A stretch of 64,000 bases of DNA from Raja brachyura (Eukaryota), in assembly GCA_963514005.1 (NCBI GenBank), contig OY740786.1:21080001-21144000 (forward strand), read 5' to 3'. Each line of letters starts with the position of its first letter. Position 1 is the first letter of the stretch. Positions 8,335-22,237 of this stretch are shown here, in pieces. A program made the translations under genes and the position numbers. Under the pieces are notes generated by a model, which worked only from the letters and a program-made list of their open reading frames with translations, had not been told where the DNA came from and ran no database searches.

Positions 8335-10515
8335 AGGGAGGTTGAACGGCAGTCAAGGTCACGACCCGTGACTCGTACTGTTTCCACGCAATGCAAAATG
8401 GAGTACACGCGGTGAACTACAGGTAAGCATTTACTAACGTTGTTACAAAACCTACCATCAGCGGCGCTCCAGCTCCGCCATTGCCGGTGCGTGCGATTCC
8501 GGAAGCTTGGGGGGGGGGGGAGATCAATTTTTTTTTAAATTTGCTGGACCATTGCGTTGCTGGATAGAACTTAAACATGACAAAAAATGCCTTCAACATC
8601 ACGGATCGCAATATCAGGACAAAACAAAAGGTATGTTGTTTATTTAACATATTATTTTGCTTTTTGGTGTGGCTTCATTTTAATCTTATGATGCAAAAAA
8701 TGTTATTTCGGCCCACATACGAATCATCCGTGTCTTGCTTAAATGGGCTTACATTTGTGGCAACTGCAACATTCCAATCGATCACATTCCAGAAACATCC
8801 ACTCTCAAGAGAATCAAATTCATTATTTTTTTGCACAATCATGTCATAACAACATCTAAATCTTCTATATTTTGTGTTAGTCTATCATGATCAATAATTT
8901 CATACTAAATATCCTCAGTACAGTTTTAGTCAGATGTATTGTGCAAAAAAGAATGATTTTCATTATCTTGGGAGTGGACATTTCTGGATTAATTTATGGG
9001 AATTAAACATTAAATCCCTTCCATTTGGCATATAAATTCATGACAGATTTAAAAATCATGTTATGTTGTGAATTCTGGTGTGAATGGGATCAGTTTGTTA
9101 TTTGGATACTTCGACTATTTAAAAATGTTTGCCTTTTCTTAAGAAATGGATAGATGTTTAGATCTAGTAATTGAATTTAGGTGAATTTAATTGATTAGAT
9201 GAATTTAATTGATTTGATGAAACTCCTGAATATGATTTTTTTGCTATTTACAGTATTTACTATTTGTTTTATTGTTTAACTTCATCGTTTCTCCCTTTTT
9301 TTCTAAAACTGCAAATAATAACTTGTTTCTGTTAATGCTGTTCAGTGGGTTTTTTTCTTTACATTTTAAACAAAATTTCTCCGAAGAAGAAATGCAAAAT
9401 TGTCAATCCAGATGCCCAGCAAAAGAGACTGATTTAGTCAGCATTCACAGAGATTATCCAAATTTGGACTACTCCAAAAGGTGATGATCTACAGGACATT
9501 CTTAATGGGAAAGTAGTGGGCAGAAAGGCATGTCATGCATGGTTTGAAGAACAAAAACATGTAGTTTACAATTCCAAAATTTAAAAGTTGAGGAAAGACA
9601 AGGTGTACGGAGTTGCTTATTGGTTACAATCTGAGGAGTATGATGATGCTACTGATTATGATATGCCAATGTACCAGCTAGCAACTGATCTTCTCCATAA
9701 AGACTTGGTCTTTTGCTAGAAATTATAGTTTCTTTACCTATCTGCTACGGACTTACAGCATATAATAGAATAATATTAAAGTTCTGATCTTGAGAATATC
9801 ACATTTTTGAATTTTCAAGGCAGTCTGGGTGTTTATTACTATTTCCGTCACAACGGTCAATTTTGTAATTAGCTACAATTAGGGTTAGGGTTAACTAATT
9901 ATATGCTTTAATTTCAGGTCATCCAACGTCGGGGGGAGGAGGTCGGAGGTCAGGGAGGAGGAGGTTTGGGGGGAGGAGGTGGTCAGGGCAGAGGGGAAGA
10001 GGAGGTTGGGAGGTGGGGGAGGTCGGGGGGTCGGTGCTGCATGTTCAGTGACTCTGGGTGGGCAGAAGGAGCAGACCATTCACAACTCTGCTACAGCTGA
10101 TGGGGACGTTGCCTGGTTTTCGTCCCTGTGTGTCCGCTCCACCGCGCCCCGTGTGTGGGCGCTGCCGACCCACAGCCCATCACAGTGTGGCCACACAGGG
10201 GGAAACGGAGCGGAGGGCAGTGACCCCGGAGTGAGAGTGGGGGCTGTCCCGAGGGATGCGCTCCTTTGGCCGTTTACACCTTGGTGCTCGGGTGCAGAGC
10301 AAAGATACTTGAGCATTTGGTTCAGACCGTTCAGCGACCCTGCACAATTATTTACAGCACAAAAATTTAACATTTCGGCGGTTTGTAACCGGTGAGAAAG
10401 TACGCGAGTTTCGTGTGTTAATAGTGTATGCGGAGGTTGCCATGTCCTCCAAGAGGATTGAGCTGCTCCGTGCATCACGCCTTTTGACCCGATGACCTTA
10501 CGTGCAAACCCCCCT
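8335..10515. mobile_element. Non-autonomous DNA transposon, ISL2EU-like (AGGG...CCCT termini, AT duplication)
   Basis: Left end AT|AGGGAGGTTGAACG; right end CGTGCAAACCCCCCT|AT. Removing it restores GTATTGCCTTTCTGTTGACTGG, which matches the Rex1 tail seen in reverse at about 17960-17990. Confidence 0.65.
9378..9719 (+). pseudogene. Decayed C-terminus of a transposon-associated protein (Spin/Ssty/Tudor-like pattern), two in-frame stops
   Basis: SPKKKCKIVNPDAQQKRLI*SAFTEIIQIWTTPKGDDLQDILNGKVVGRKACHAWFEEQKHVVYNSKI*KLRKDKVYGVAYWLQSEEYDDATDYDMPMYQLATDLLHKDLVFC* in a single frame. Confidence 0.5.
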
Positions 10516-10697
10516 ATTGCCTTTCTGTTGACTGGTTAGCATTAAATAAAAGCCTTACACTGTACCTCAACTCAACTCAACCGTTTAATTGTCCTGCCAG
10601 TTAAAGGTAATATATTCTAGATAAATCTGTTTTGTTTTTGCTGAAGATGCTGTCTGACTCCAGCATACTGTGTCCATCTTCGGCAGCATCCATGTAG

Positions 10698-11220
<523 letters not shown>

Positions 11221-11409
11221 AAACTTAACATAACCACAAACAATGCACACACAACATGAAATAAAACACATCACAACCCCGTTAAACCTGTTGCCCGACA
11301 CTTTTCCCTTCGCCCTTGTTGTGTAAACATGTCACACTGTCAGCCTCGAAGCAGCGCTGGCCACTGGTTCACGGTACATGTGTGGACGGCGGACAACAGG
11401 AAAACCGAG

Positions 11410-11740
11410 GGATTTTAAAAGAGGATCTGAATCAATCGCGAGGGGCATAATAGACAGTGTGGATGGTCACGATTATTTCCCCCAGGATCTTAAATTATAG
11501 GGCGTAGGTTTAAGATGAAGGATGTAGAAGGGACCAGACGAACAAAATGTCCACACAGGGTAATGGGTATGAGGAAATAACTGCCAATGGTAAAGGCGGG
11601 AACAATTGCAATGCATTTCAATTTGGGCAAAAGCATACGGGCTAAATGCTAACAAATGGAATTTGCTCAGATAGGCAACTTAGTCAGCATGGACAAGTTC
11701 AGCTGAAGATCTTGTTTTCATGTTATATAACTCAATGATT
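11410..11740 (+). mobile_element. Degraded CR1 3' end
   Basis: CR1 3' motifs (GGGCATAATAGACAGTG...GTAGGTTTAAGATGAAGG...CAGCATGGACAAGTT). Confidence 0.55.
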
Positions 11741-14700
11741 AATTAGACTGAACTGAATTATCTGTCTTCCCTGAAAACAAGTTCCACTGGAACACTAATT
11801 CAGTACTGCTAACTCTGGAATTCATTACGTCTCTTATTATATATTAACTATGGAATAAAAATATGCAAGTAATTTCATTAAGAAGTTGTGAATCTTTAAA
11901 ATTTATTATTCCATAGAGCTGTGGAGTTTGGCAAGCATCTAAACTACAAAGGTGTCAATCAGTACAGGGAGAGAATGGGGAAGGGTTATTGAGGCAAAGA
12001 TTAGATAAGCCTGATCATATTTAAAGGTAGAGCAGGTGTGAGACACTGACTGGCTTATCTTATATTCTTATGTAGTGGGTGACATAATAATTTATATGTC
12101 ACAGGAAATGCCTGCAGGTGGGTGTTATTTAAAATTCAAAAAAGCAGCAAAGGATGAAAACAGTAGGGCAGGCACCATCTGTGTAAATCAATGTGAAGTA
12201 TTGATTATAAAACAAGTAATTGTAATACCCACAGCGTGTCAGTTAGCAGTGTTCAATTATCCCAGCAGTTAAAGGTAATTAATTAGAGATGAATATTGTG
12301 AAATTTATGCTGCAAAATATTTCCCACATCTGGTGTGTGATAGTAATTGCCAGAAATTAAAAATAAATGTATATTACATTTTCAGAAATCAAAACTATCT
12401 TAAATTGCTATTGTTTACCTCCATGGTTTTCCTGTTATCAGCTCCAATGTCCACATGTTATGGAAAATTCTGCTGTTTAAAAAAAACAAGTGCTTTAATT
12501 GCACCCTCCTGCCAGTGGAGGAGCTACAGTGATATCACATTCTCGCAGGATAGCTACAGTGTGACAACTTTACATGGGCAGCTTCAATTATAATCACGGA
12601 GGAAGGAATCAAAAATGGGGAAAGAAAATAGAAATAGGCCGAAATGGAATTTCTATTACCTGAGGACACCCTCCTCCACCCCCCTTCTAAAATCTCCACC
12701 TCAAGCCCCGTGGTCTTACTTTGCCCATATCTAATACCTCAGGAGGACAACCTGTCTACAGTAATACAACCATAAATATAAATATATTAATAGATAGGCC
12801 TTGACTAAAGGAAATCATTAATCATCTGAAATAACCTGAACCAATTTAGTATAGAACTATTGAATTCTGCCGCATGAGCTGCAGGAATGTAGTAAAACAA
12901 GTAGCTGTATAAATTATAGGAACTAAGAAGCTATAATTATAAACATTGAATTCTGTTCAGCTTGTCCAATAAATTAGGTTACTCCCATTAGGAAATCTCA
13001 GTACTGTATCATTTCCCAATTTGGCAGTGATTTTTCTCACTCATTTACTGGGCAGTTCATGCACCATAGCGTTGAGGAGAGGGAGGGGGGTCAATGCATA
13101 GGTGATGTCTAATGTGGGTGGAGAAGAGGTAGTCAGGCACTTGGTCAACTTGCAGGATGCGTAGAGAGTACCTGGCTCTTTTGACAGAAGGGGTTTGAGT
13201 CATTTCCAGTGGAAGTGTTTTTTTCTGGCTTGTGGGGCTTGTGGCACTTGTCAAAATTGAGGAGAGGGAGGAATAGCGCTGTACCACAGTGGGACATTTC
13301 TTTGCATGGCTGTTATGTGGCACAGTGTGACTTTTAAAGTGGAGTCATGTAGTACTGTAATCATGGGATGTAGGACCACATGTCAGCATGCATTCTCAGT
13401 GAGGGTAGTAGGTATCTTCTCTGGGTTTGGGGTTGTGTGGTGTTATATTGTTTCAAGGGAAGGGCTCACGGCACTGGATCATCTTCGGAATGTGGGTCTT
13501 GCATCATTGGGTCTTCTCTGGGGTGGGGTGATTAGAGAGAACATGCAATACTTTTGCTTTCAGGTGGTGCAAATGGGAACTACCCTGTATGATCCAATTC
13601 CTACTGCATTGCATGGAACGTTCATCTTTAGAGTATAAAAGAGTTGATCACGATTGGTGGGGAGGCAGAAGGGGTCAGCTTGGAATGGAGTCAAGGAAGC
13701 CATGATTGGAATGAAACCAAGAAGGAAGCTCAGAAGCCATGATTTAGTTGACAAATCAGGTTTAAGTGCTCTTGTGGCCCACTCTCACATGAGAAGTAAT
13801 AACATCCCTAGTCCCAGCATTTAATCATTTATGGCATTCTTTATAGAAGAACAGGTTTGAAATGTTCCTGTTTCATTTCCCCAGAATTCTGCAAAGTTAC
13901 ATCAAATAAGTTCATGTTAATAATACTTAGAAAATTAACTTTTTACAATACTATACATATTTAAGCACATTATTACATAATTTAACAAAACACTTCTGCA
14001 TAAGGCTGTTAGTTTACAAACTAACAAGACTGTATAAAGTGCTGCCCTTCCTAATTCACTTTGTTCCTGTATATTGTTTTAGGTACGCTCTAACCTTTTC
14101 TTTGTATAAATTGTTGTGAAGATTATTAGGTACTGGATCGCAGTGCTTGAAAGTACAGGTTGATTGGTTGATTACAGCTTTGAAATTTGATTGATACGCT
14201 GCGAGGCGGGCTATCAGAAGCACTGGAGCATTCATTCTCTGCTGCTGGCCAGCTCCAGGACCACCGTTTGTACAGAGGTAACATCATTTAAAGCTAGACA
14301 CTACAAGGAAGCGAAGGATCAATGTGTTCACCCAATATATTCAAACAAGAAACCTTGTGGTTCATGCTGAGCATCAAAATTGCTAAGTTAATGCTGCGGT
14401 GATTTAAAGAAACTTATCTAGTAGTTCTGGGCATCCATCTTATGATGGATGTGAAATCAATGTAAACAGTTCCTTTTAGACTTACTGGGATGGTTTACAG
14501 GTATGAAGGGGTTATAGTAATGAAGCAGCTCTTAATGTCTTCACTCTGAAACAGTTAATTATGAATTGAATGGAAGTTTTCCCCTCTTGAGACAGAAAAA
14601 CAATGCTTAGTTCTCATAGATAACAAAACCAATCTCCATGACAATTCAACAGCAGGTTAGTGAAATGCATTTTATGCATAAGGAGTGGAATTGCTGCTAA

Positions 14701-17700
14701 AAGGAATAAGTAACTCGGCAATAGTTTGGACTCCATGAGTGTGCTAGATACTAGTTATTGATGCAGGCACTACCACACGGATGATGAACTGAATGCTTGC
14801 TCTTTGTTAAAATATTCTGAGATTCTCTTCTTTTACTCTAAGCAGAATCAATTCCTAAAATCCAATTTTCTTTATGCAGTGATATATTCCACACAGCAAA
14901 AGCTTTTTATTTCCCTGACCTTGACGAATTATCATCCTGATATATTTGCATTCTAAGGACTTGCTACAAAGTCTACAACTGGGTTTTAACAAAGAAACTG
15001 CTTCAGAGTAAACGATATTGCCCAGTGTTATAGCACCTGCTGTGTTTCTACTGGAGACATCATTCTTTTCAACTCAGGATTACCCGCAGACTACAGCTGG
15101 CACTGAAGCTGCAAAAGTCCCTTTTCTATTGTTGAGTCAACACAGGCTGATTGCTTTTAATAATTTTTCCAAACAGAGAGTTTCTGACATTTGCTGTAAT
15201 CACGCTTGGAACTGCAACATTGAATGTACTATGGGGTACATGAACCAAAGTGTACTCTATTCCTTCTTCCCACAGGCAATGCTCTGCAAACATTTGGCAT
15301 TTGATACTTAAAACTGCATTTGGAGATGTATTTTATCAATGCGTTTTGCATATCCAGAACTCTTTGCCAACCATCCTTCCCCCTCCCAAAGTCCCTAAAG
15401 GGAAAAGGCTGAGAGAACAATTTTCATTTTTAAGAACTGGATTAATAGATTTTTTTTGTTGGATTAGGATATGTAACAATGGTGCAATACAGTTGTACAC
15501 ATCACGGTGATTTGATTTTATGGGAGAATGGCCTTTATTTTCCTAGGTTAGTGGGTAATGCAAGTTGTAAACTTGAACACCTTTCACAGAGAGTACAGAA
15601 GATTGTTTGATTCTAAGAAACAAAATAGTTAATTGTGAAATCCTATTACCACCTCAAATCTTGTGGCAATATGTAATTCCAAAAAAAAGGGTTGGAAACC
15701 CCAAGATCCCTGTGCGGGAAGCATATACTCTATTTCCATTCTAAATTGGCTCATTCTTGCCCTGAATCATTTTAAGTAAGGGTTTGTGGATTGGGGCAGT
15801 ATTTATAAACGTGTCTTGGTCACTTTATGAGAAGAATTTTGGATTGGAGGTCAATAGCCTGTGAATCCAATAGTCAGGTTTGCTACCAGCAATTCCTGAC
15901 TTTTGCAATGTGATCTTTTTCTGACTGGTGTCATTACACTTTCTTAAGTACTCTGCAGAGTATAGAACAGAGAAAAGCACAGTCTCACTTTAAAGTTTAT
16001 ATAACTCAATCAGCTATTCCTTTATATTCTCCTCCAATGCCTGCTTGCTTGCCTCTCTTCCTCCTTGAACACTCACAGCTCCGATCCAATATCTTTAGTT
16101 AAGCTCATTTTATACTCTGCATCTTCTCTCAAATTCTCCTGTGAACCTGATTTTAATCTGGGGTGATATGAGAATGTTTTCTCTATTCATTTCACCTCTA
16201 CCTTTGGAGCATGGTACTCATTGACAGTGTTTGCCTCAGCCCTCTTCTTCAATAAATCCTGGACTCTCCTCCTTGTGCGACTCCAATTCCACAAGCTCTT
16301 TCGGATAGGTTGCCTTTCTAGGTGACCTATATCTGGATATTCTGTCTGGTGAATGGAATTGTGCACTATGTGTGAACTGAAGCAAACTTTAAAATCTACC
16401 AGTAGGGTTTGTTTGCTTTGCCTCTGGCTACTAATTCAAGATCTGGTTAACTTTCTGAACTGCTGCCATGAGCTGATTGCAGTTAATACCTTTGACAAAT
16501 CATCTCTTCTTGTTGAAGCTGATTATTTTCTTCTTATGTTCGGTATCCCCCTGGCATCCAAGCCAGGATTCCTCTTGTGATCTGCACTACCAATCAATGC
16601 TTGTTCACATCAGTTGCTAGTTGTGGATCTTGCATAAGTAATAAATTAATCAAGTTGTATTTTGGGAAGCCTGAAAAATCCACTCATATCCTTTTCTTCT
16701 ATCATTTAAATCAACCGGTTAATTTAATGATATGCTCTGGTAGGTTAATTGAGTAAGCAGTTCATGGTGTTTTGAAAGAGGAGTAAGGTTCTGATCTGTG
16801 TGCTCTTAGTTGTTGAGGGTAGTTTCAACTTGCTATTGCAGCTGTTTTTGATCAAAACTGCCAAAGCCACTGGATGTGATGTTGCAGTCCAGCTACTGTC
16901 AGTATAGCTATTTTTAACAATGAGATTGTGTTTGTAAAAATATCAAAACTAATTTGTTACCAATCCATCTGCACTAATGCCATTAAGATTGAACTGTAAA
17001 GAACATTTGTTTAATTCTGAGAGTTCACCAGTTGCGATAATCTCCTGCCTTTACGTTATTCAAATATGTCCCTACAATTGAATTCTAATCCTTTCATTTC
17101 AGAAATAAATAATACATTTGCAGCAGAAATCAAAATAAGACCAGACTGTTGGTCGCCAGTGGATTTAAAAGAGCTGTGATTTAATTTATGGTAATTTCTT
17201 CAGTCAAAAATGAAGCTACTTTGTGTAACAGGCATTGTGAATTTATTTATTTCCACTCCATCCACGCTTGTACAGTTTTTAAAGTTTCCACCACAGAAAA
17301 TCGATCAGTTTGTTTAGATACATAAACTTCAGAAATCAGCCCGTTAATGTACTCAAAAATCTAAGGGAGGAGCCAGCCTTTTAATTCAAGTAGTTTTTAA
17401 TCAATGTGCTGGTATAGAAATACTAATAGTGTAGTCTTTTAGACTAATTGGGTGCCAGTAATCTGCCTTTAATGCTTTTGTTGTGCAAATGGATTTGTTT
17501 GGGGATTGCAGGCAATGGCCCTTACATTGATGAGGATACTAACTGAATTTTTGGCACAGAGCTATTTGGCCCTTATTCCCTAAACGGGAAGGTGACTTGC
17601 AACTGTTAGGCTCTTGCCACATGTGGTAGTAGGTTACAGTATTGTTGGTCAGTTCTCAACCGCTCACTGCGGTTACAAATAAACCATTCTGAACCATCTT

Positions 17701-17904
17701 TTGAAGAGTGTGAAGAGGCTGAGAGTTTAGAGATAAGGTGCTGATAAAGCAAATTACTTTGTGCTGGATAGTGTTGAGCTTCTTTTATATCATGTCTGTC
17801 ACATTGGATTAATTGTCTGAACCTTTCAAAAAAATGATGAAAGTAATGTAGAACTAGCAGCTGGAAATGCTACAAAGATTAATACTCAATTTCCCAAACA
17901 TTGA

Positions 17905-18205
17905 GTTGAGATTAGTTTATTGTCACGTGTACCGAGGTACAGTGAAAAGCTTTTGTTACATGATAAGCAGTTAGCAGAAAGACAATACATGATTACAATC
18001 GAGCCATCCACAGTGTATAGGCCATGATAAAGGGAACAATGTGAATAATGTTTAATCCACGATAAAGCCAGTAAAATCTGATTAAAGGTAGTCCAAGGGT
18101 CTCCAATGAGGTAGAGTGTAGTGCAGGACTTCTCTCTAGTTGTTGGTAGGAGAGTTCACATGCCTAATAACAGCTAGGAAGAAACTGTCCCTGAATCTGG
18201 AGAAC
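17905..18205 (-). mobile_element. Rex1/Babar-like LINE 3' tail
   Basis: TTTATTGTCACGTGTACCGAGGTACAGTGAAAAGC...GGAAGAAACTGTCCCTGAATCTGG, a tail type repeated elsewhere in the window. Confidence 0.6.
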
Positions 18206-18269
18206 TTGACAAGAGGAAAGAAGCGTGGCAGTCTTAAGGTGCATAAAGGTGATAAATCCTCGGGATGTA

Positions 18270-18850
18270 ACTTAGGACAATAGACAATGTGTGCAGGAGT
18301 AGGCCATACGGCCCTTCAAGCCAGCACTGCCATGCAATGCTGATCATCCACAATCAGTACCCCGTTCCTGCCTTCTCCCCATATCATAGAAACCTAGAAA
18401 ATAGGTGCAGGAGTAGGCCATTCGGCCCTTGGAGCCTGCACCGCCATTCAATATGATCACGGCTGATCATCCAACTCAGTATCCTGTACCTGCCTTCTCT
18501 CCATACCCCCTGACTCCGCTATCTTCAAGAGCTCTCTCTTGAAAGTTTGCAGAGAACTGGCCTCCACCGCCCTCTGAGCCAGAGAATTCCACAGACTCAC
18601 AACTCTCTGTGTGAAAAATGTTTTCCTCATCTTCGTTCTAAACGGCTTACCCCTTATTCTTAATCTGTGGCCCCTGGTTCTTGACTCCCCCAACATCGGG
18701 AACATGTTGTTGCACCCGCTGAGTTTCTCCAGCCTTTTGTGTACCATCGGGAACATGTTTCCTGCCTCTAGCATGTCCAAACCCTTACTAATCTTATATG
18801 TTTCAATAAGATCCCCTCATCCTTCTAAATTCCAGAGTATACAAGCCCAT
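18270..18850 (-). mobile_element. Stacked CR1 3' fragments
   Basis: Minus ORF with GESRTRGHRLRIRGKPFRTKMRKTFFTQRVVSLWNSL and CR1 3' UTRs. Confidence 0.85.
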
Positions 18851-20280
18851 CATGGAATATCAAGGACATCATGGGAAGCAGGAAAATAAATTACTGGGAT
18901 CCTGGTGGAAATGTTTGTACCTTTCTTAGTCATGATTAAGGTGCTGGAAGGCTGGCGGTGGCTTATGCTGTGCCTTTATTTTAAAATAGATGCATGGACA
19001 AGCCAAGCAACTACTGGCCAGTGAACAAACATGAGTAATGGGAAAACGACTGGAGACAATCCTGAGAGGCAGGATCAGTCAGCATTGTTTTTTGTTTGGA
19101 AAATTGTCTCGTGCATTTGACTGCGGTTTTGCAAGGGCTGACCAACAGGATTGACGAGTACAGGGCAGTAGACATTATCTGCATGGACCTTTGGCAAGTT
19201 CCCACTTAGGCTGGTTGGGTAGGCTGGATCACATGAGTTCCAGGGTGAGCTAGCCAATTGGTTACAAAATTAGCTTGAGAATAGAGTGGTGGTGGAGGTG
19301 TGTTTTTCAGATTGAAGGCCTGTGACCAATGGTATGCCACAAGGATTGGTGCTGAGATATCTGTTTTTAGTTGTGTATCCTAACGCTTTGGATGAGAATG
19401 TAAGTGGCATGACTTCCAAAATTAGTGGTATTGTTGACAGTGAAGAACTGAATCACTTGGGGAAAGCAACCAAAGGAATGTTTAATGGAATTTAACTCAG
19501 ACAAGTATCAAGCATTTTGGGAAGTTAAACTAGGGCAGGACACACACATTAAATGTTGTGGCCCTGGAGAGTCTTTTTCAACAGAGGCCTCGGGATACAA
19601 GCACATATTTCTCTGAAAGTGGCAACATGGGGAGGCGGTGATAAAGGAGGAATGTGAAACGCTTGCCATCTTTGGCTATGGCATGGATTTTGAGAAGTTT
19701 TGTTACAACTGTACAAAAAAGGAAGAGTTGGGATGTCATGTTACAGCTGTGCAAGATGTGACTGAGCAATCAGTTGAGGGACTACATGAAGATCTGGTTG
19801 CCTACCATAGTAAGGATATGATTAAGCTATCATGCAGGATAGATTCACAAGGATGGTGTCAGGATTGAAGGGTTTGGGTTATAATGAGAGTTGGATAGGC
19901 TGGGACTTTTCTCCGTGAAGCAGAGTGGTGACCTTACAGAGGGTTTTAAGATCACGAGGAGCAAAGATAAGGCAAATGGTCACAGCCTTTTTCCCCAGGG
20001 TAGAATAATGCAAAACTAGAAGGCATGGCTTTAAGGTGAGAGAGGAAAGAATTAAAGGGAACCCAAGGGGCAAGTTTTCACACACAGAGTGGTAGGTATG
20101 TGAAATGAGCTGCCAGAGGAAGTGATAGAAGTGGGTATAATTTCAACGTAAAAATGATATTTGGGCAGGTGCATGGAAGTGGAGGGTATAAAGGGATTTG
20201 GGCAATCCACAGGCAAATGGGACTAGCTCTAGTGGGCATCTTAATCAACATGGTCCAAAGGGCCTGTTTTCGAGTTGTCT
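18851..20280 (+). mobile_element. Degraded CR1 ORF2 (reverse transcriptase) and 3' UTR
   Basis: Recognisable RT remnants (GTGACCAATGGTATGCCACAAGGATTGGTGCTG, equivalent to VTSGVPQGSVL) with many stops and frameshifts. Confidence 0.75.
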
Positions 20281-21357
20281 CTGGAATACTGTGTGTTACT
20301 GGATTGCTTGCTACTGAGTACTGTGTCTACCAATTACATTGTTATCTCTGTAAATATGTTCTGAGTCATTGTTTTATCTTTCTAGTTTCCTCATTAATAA
20401 AAGTGTTGATTGTTTATAGCCAATATCACGAATTGAGTGGTGTTTAATAAACTGCTAGGTGAATGTTAAAATTGAACTTGCAACTTGTAGTGTATCATTG
20501 GCTGGCTGCAGGAGAGAGAGATGAAGGGAATACCTAATTTGGGGTTAGCATGGTTGATGTTCAAGGCCAGCCTGAGACATTGAATTCAAGAACAAGACAT
20601 GTCGCTTGGTAATGTAAACTAGTATAAAGTCTAGTTTGTTTGCACAAAGTAGCCAATGTCAGATTGATCTGGTTTCCTTCTAGAGCATCTCTTACTGTAG
20701 TAAGTTTGGTTTTCTGATTTGCTTTGTTACTTCAGCTGGTCTGAGGTTTTGTTTGTGGTAAGGATAAAATTTGCAATTTGCAACCATTACGTAAAGAAAT
20801 TTGAAGTTGGCAGCAGACCAGAGTCTTTTGAATGGAGTACAGAATGTACTCAAGTCACATAGACTAAGTGTTGAGTTTACTTTTAGGTTTCTGGGCAGTT
20901 TCTTTCTCCTTGACAGCAGTAAAATCTAGCAAGTGAGTTGGTAATAGGGCATTGGACAGTTAAAAGGTTATTTATCATTGGGCCTTGAAATGGGGTGGGG
21001 GGGGGGCTGGAATCAGTCTCTTGCATTATGCATAATTAACTGTGTAGGATTCTCAGGTGCACCCCTTCTACTTTAACCCAGCCAGTAGTCCTGCTGATGC
21101 CTCAGTGCTGCCCTACCTCAGGATTGTACTGTCAAGAGGAGCAGTCTCAATCCAAGGCTTCATTTTCTCATTTGGGAACATACATGATCCCATGGAATTA
21201 TTAGAAAAGTGCTGGTGGTTTTCCCTGAGGCCTGGTCAATATTAATTGCGGCATCACTGGAAAATAGCAATTCTCTTTTTACTTAGCTTATCATTTGTAG
21301 GATTATGGTTCTAGCTTCCATAACAATTTTGGAAAATGCATCATGTTTTTCTGCTAG

Positions 21358-21463
21358 ACTGGTGTAAAATGGGAATTGCAATCAAATAGATCATGCAAGT
21401 TTCTGGTAAATATACCAGAAACTTGCATGATCTATTTGATTGCAATTCCCATTTTACACCAGT
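21358..21463. repeat. Perfect 51-bp inverted repeat with 4-nt loop
   Basis: 21358-21408 is the exact reverse complement of 21413-21463; loop AATA. Confidence 0.97.
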
Positions 21464-21952
21464 AACATGGAAGCAACATTAATTTATTAATATCTTGTTT
21501 TAATACACATTTGTTGACCTTGCTAAATTGTAGTGTGCTGGATTGACCTGGTACACAAAGTTGACAAATAAACTGCATTAGAAGAATATGATTTTTGAGT
21601 ATGTGGTGTTTAGGGGTGCATCTGTAGTGAATAACTTAGGCAATATTGAGGAGCTAATCGTGACGAATCTGACATGATCATTCTAATGGTACAACAAAAT
21701 GGGAACAAGCAAATGTTGTCTATTTAATGAATGATAGTCGACAAGTAGCTGCTTCATCTGGAGATTGTCTTTGCTCTTTCCTGCTAAAGGTGAAGCCTTG
21801 AAGTGTAACCTCAAGCACTTGTACAATTCTAATGTTGTCAACTTTTCTTTTAGTGATTTGTTTTGTCATCATGATCTTCTGATTATAGGGAACTTGGAAT
21901 CGTATAAAATTGTGAATAATGGAAGTGAATTGAAGGAAACAAGGAAGTTACT

Positions 21953-22237
21953 GTTTAGTTTAGATACAGCGTGGAAACAGGCCCTTCGGCCCACTGAGTC
22001 CATGCCGACCAGCGATTACCCATACACTAATTCTATCTAACACACAGGACAATTTATACAATCAACCTACAAAGCTGCCTGTCTTTGGAATGTGGGAGGA
22101 AACCGGAGCACCCGGATAAAATCCACGTGGATGCAGGGAGAACGTACAAACTTCGCACGGCACCTATGGTCAGAATCAAACCTGGACCTTTGGGGCTGTA
22201 AAGCAGCAACTCTTATCGCTGTACCACTGTGCCGCCC
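21953..22237 (-). mobile_element. tRNA-SINE
   Basis: Same family as 2307-2599: (GTTTA)n tail; head GGGCGGCACAGTGGTACAGCG on the minus strand. Confidence 0.8.

Noticed and set aside
9878-9893. TTAGGG telomeric repeat
   Set aside because: Only two units, inside a transposon; not significant.
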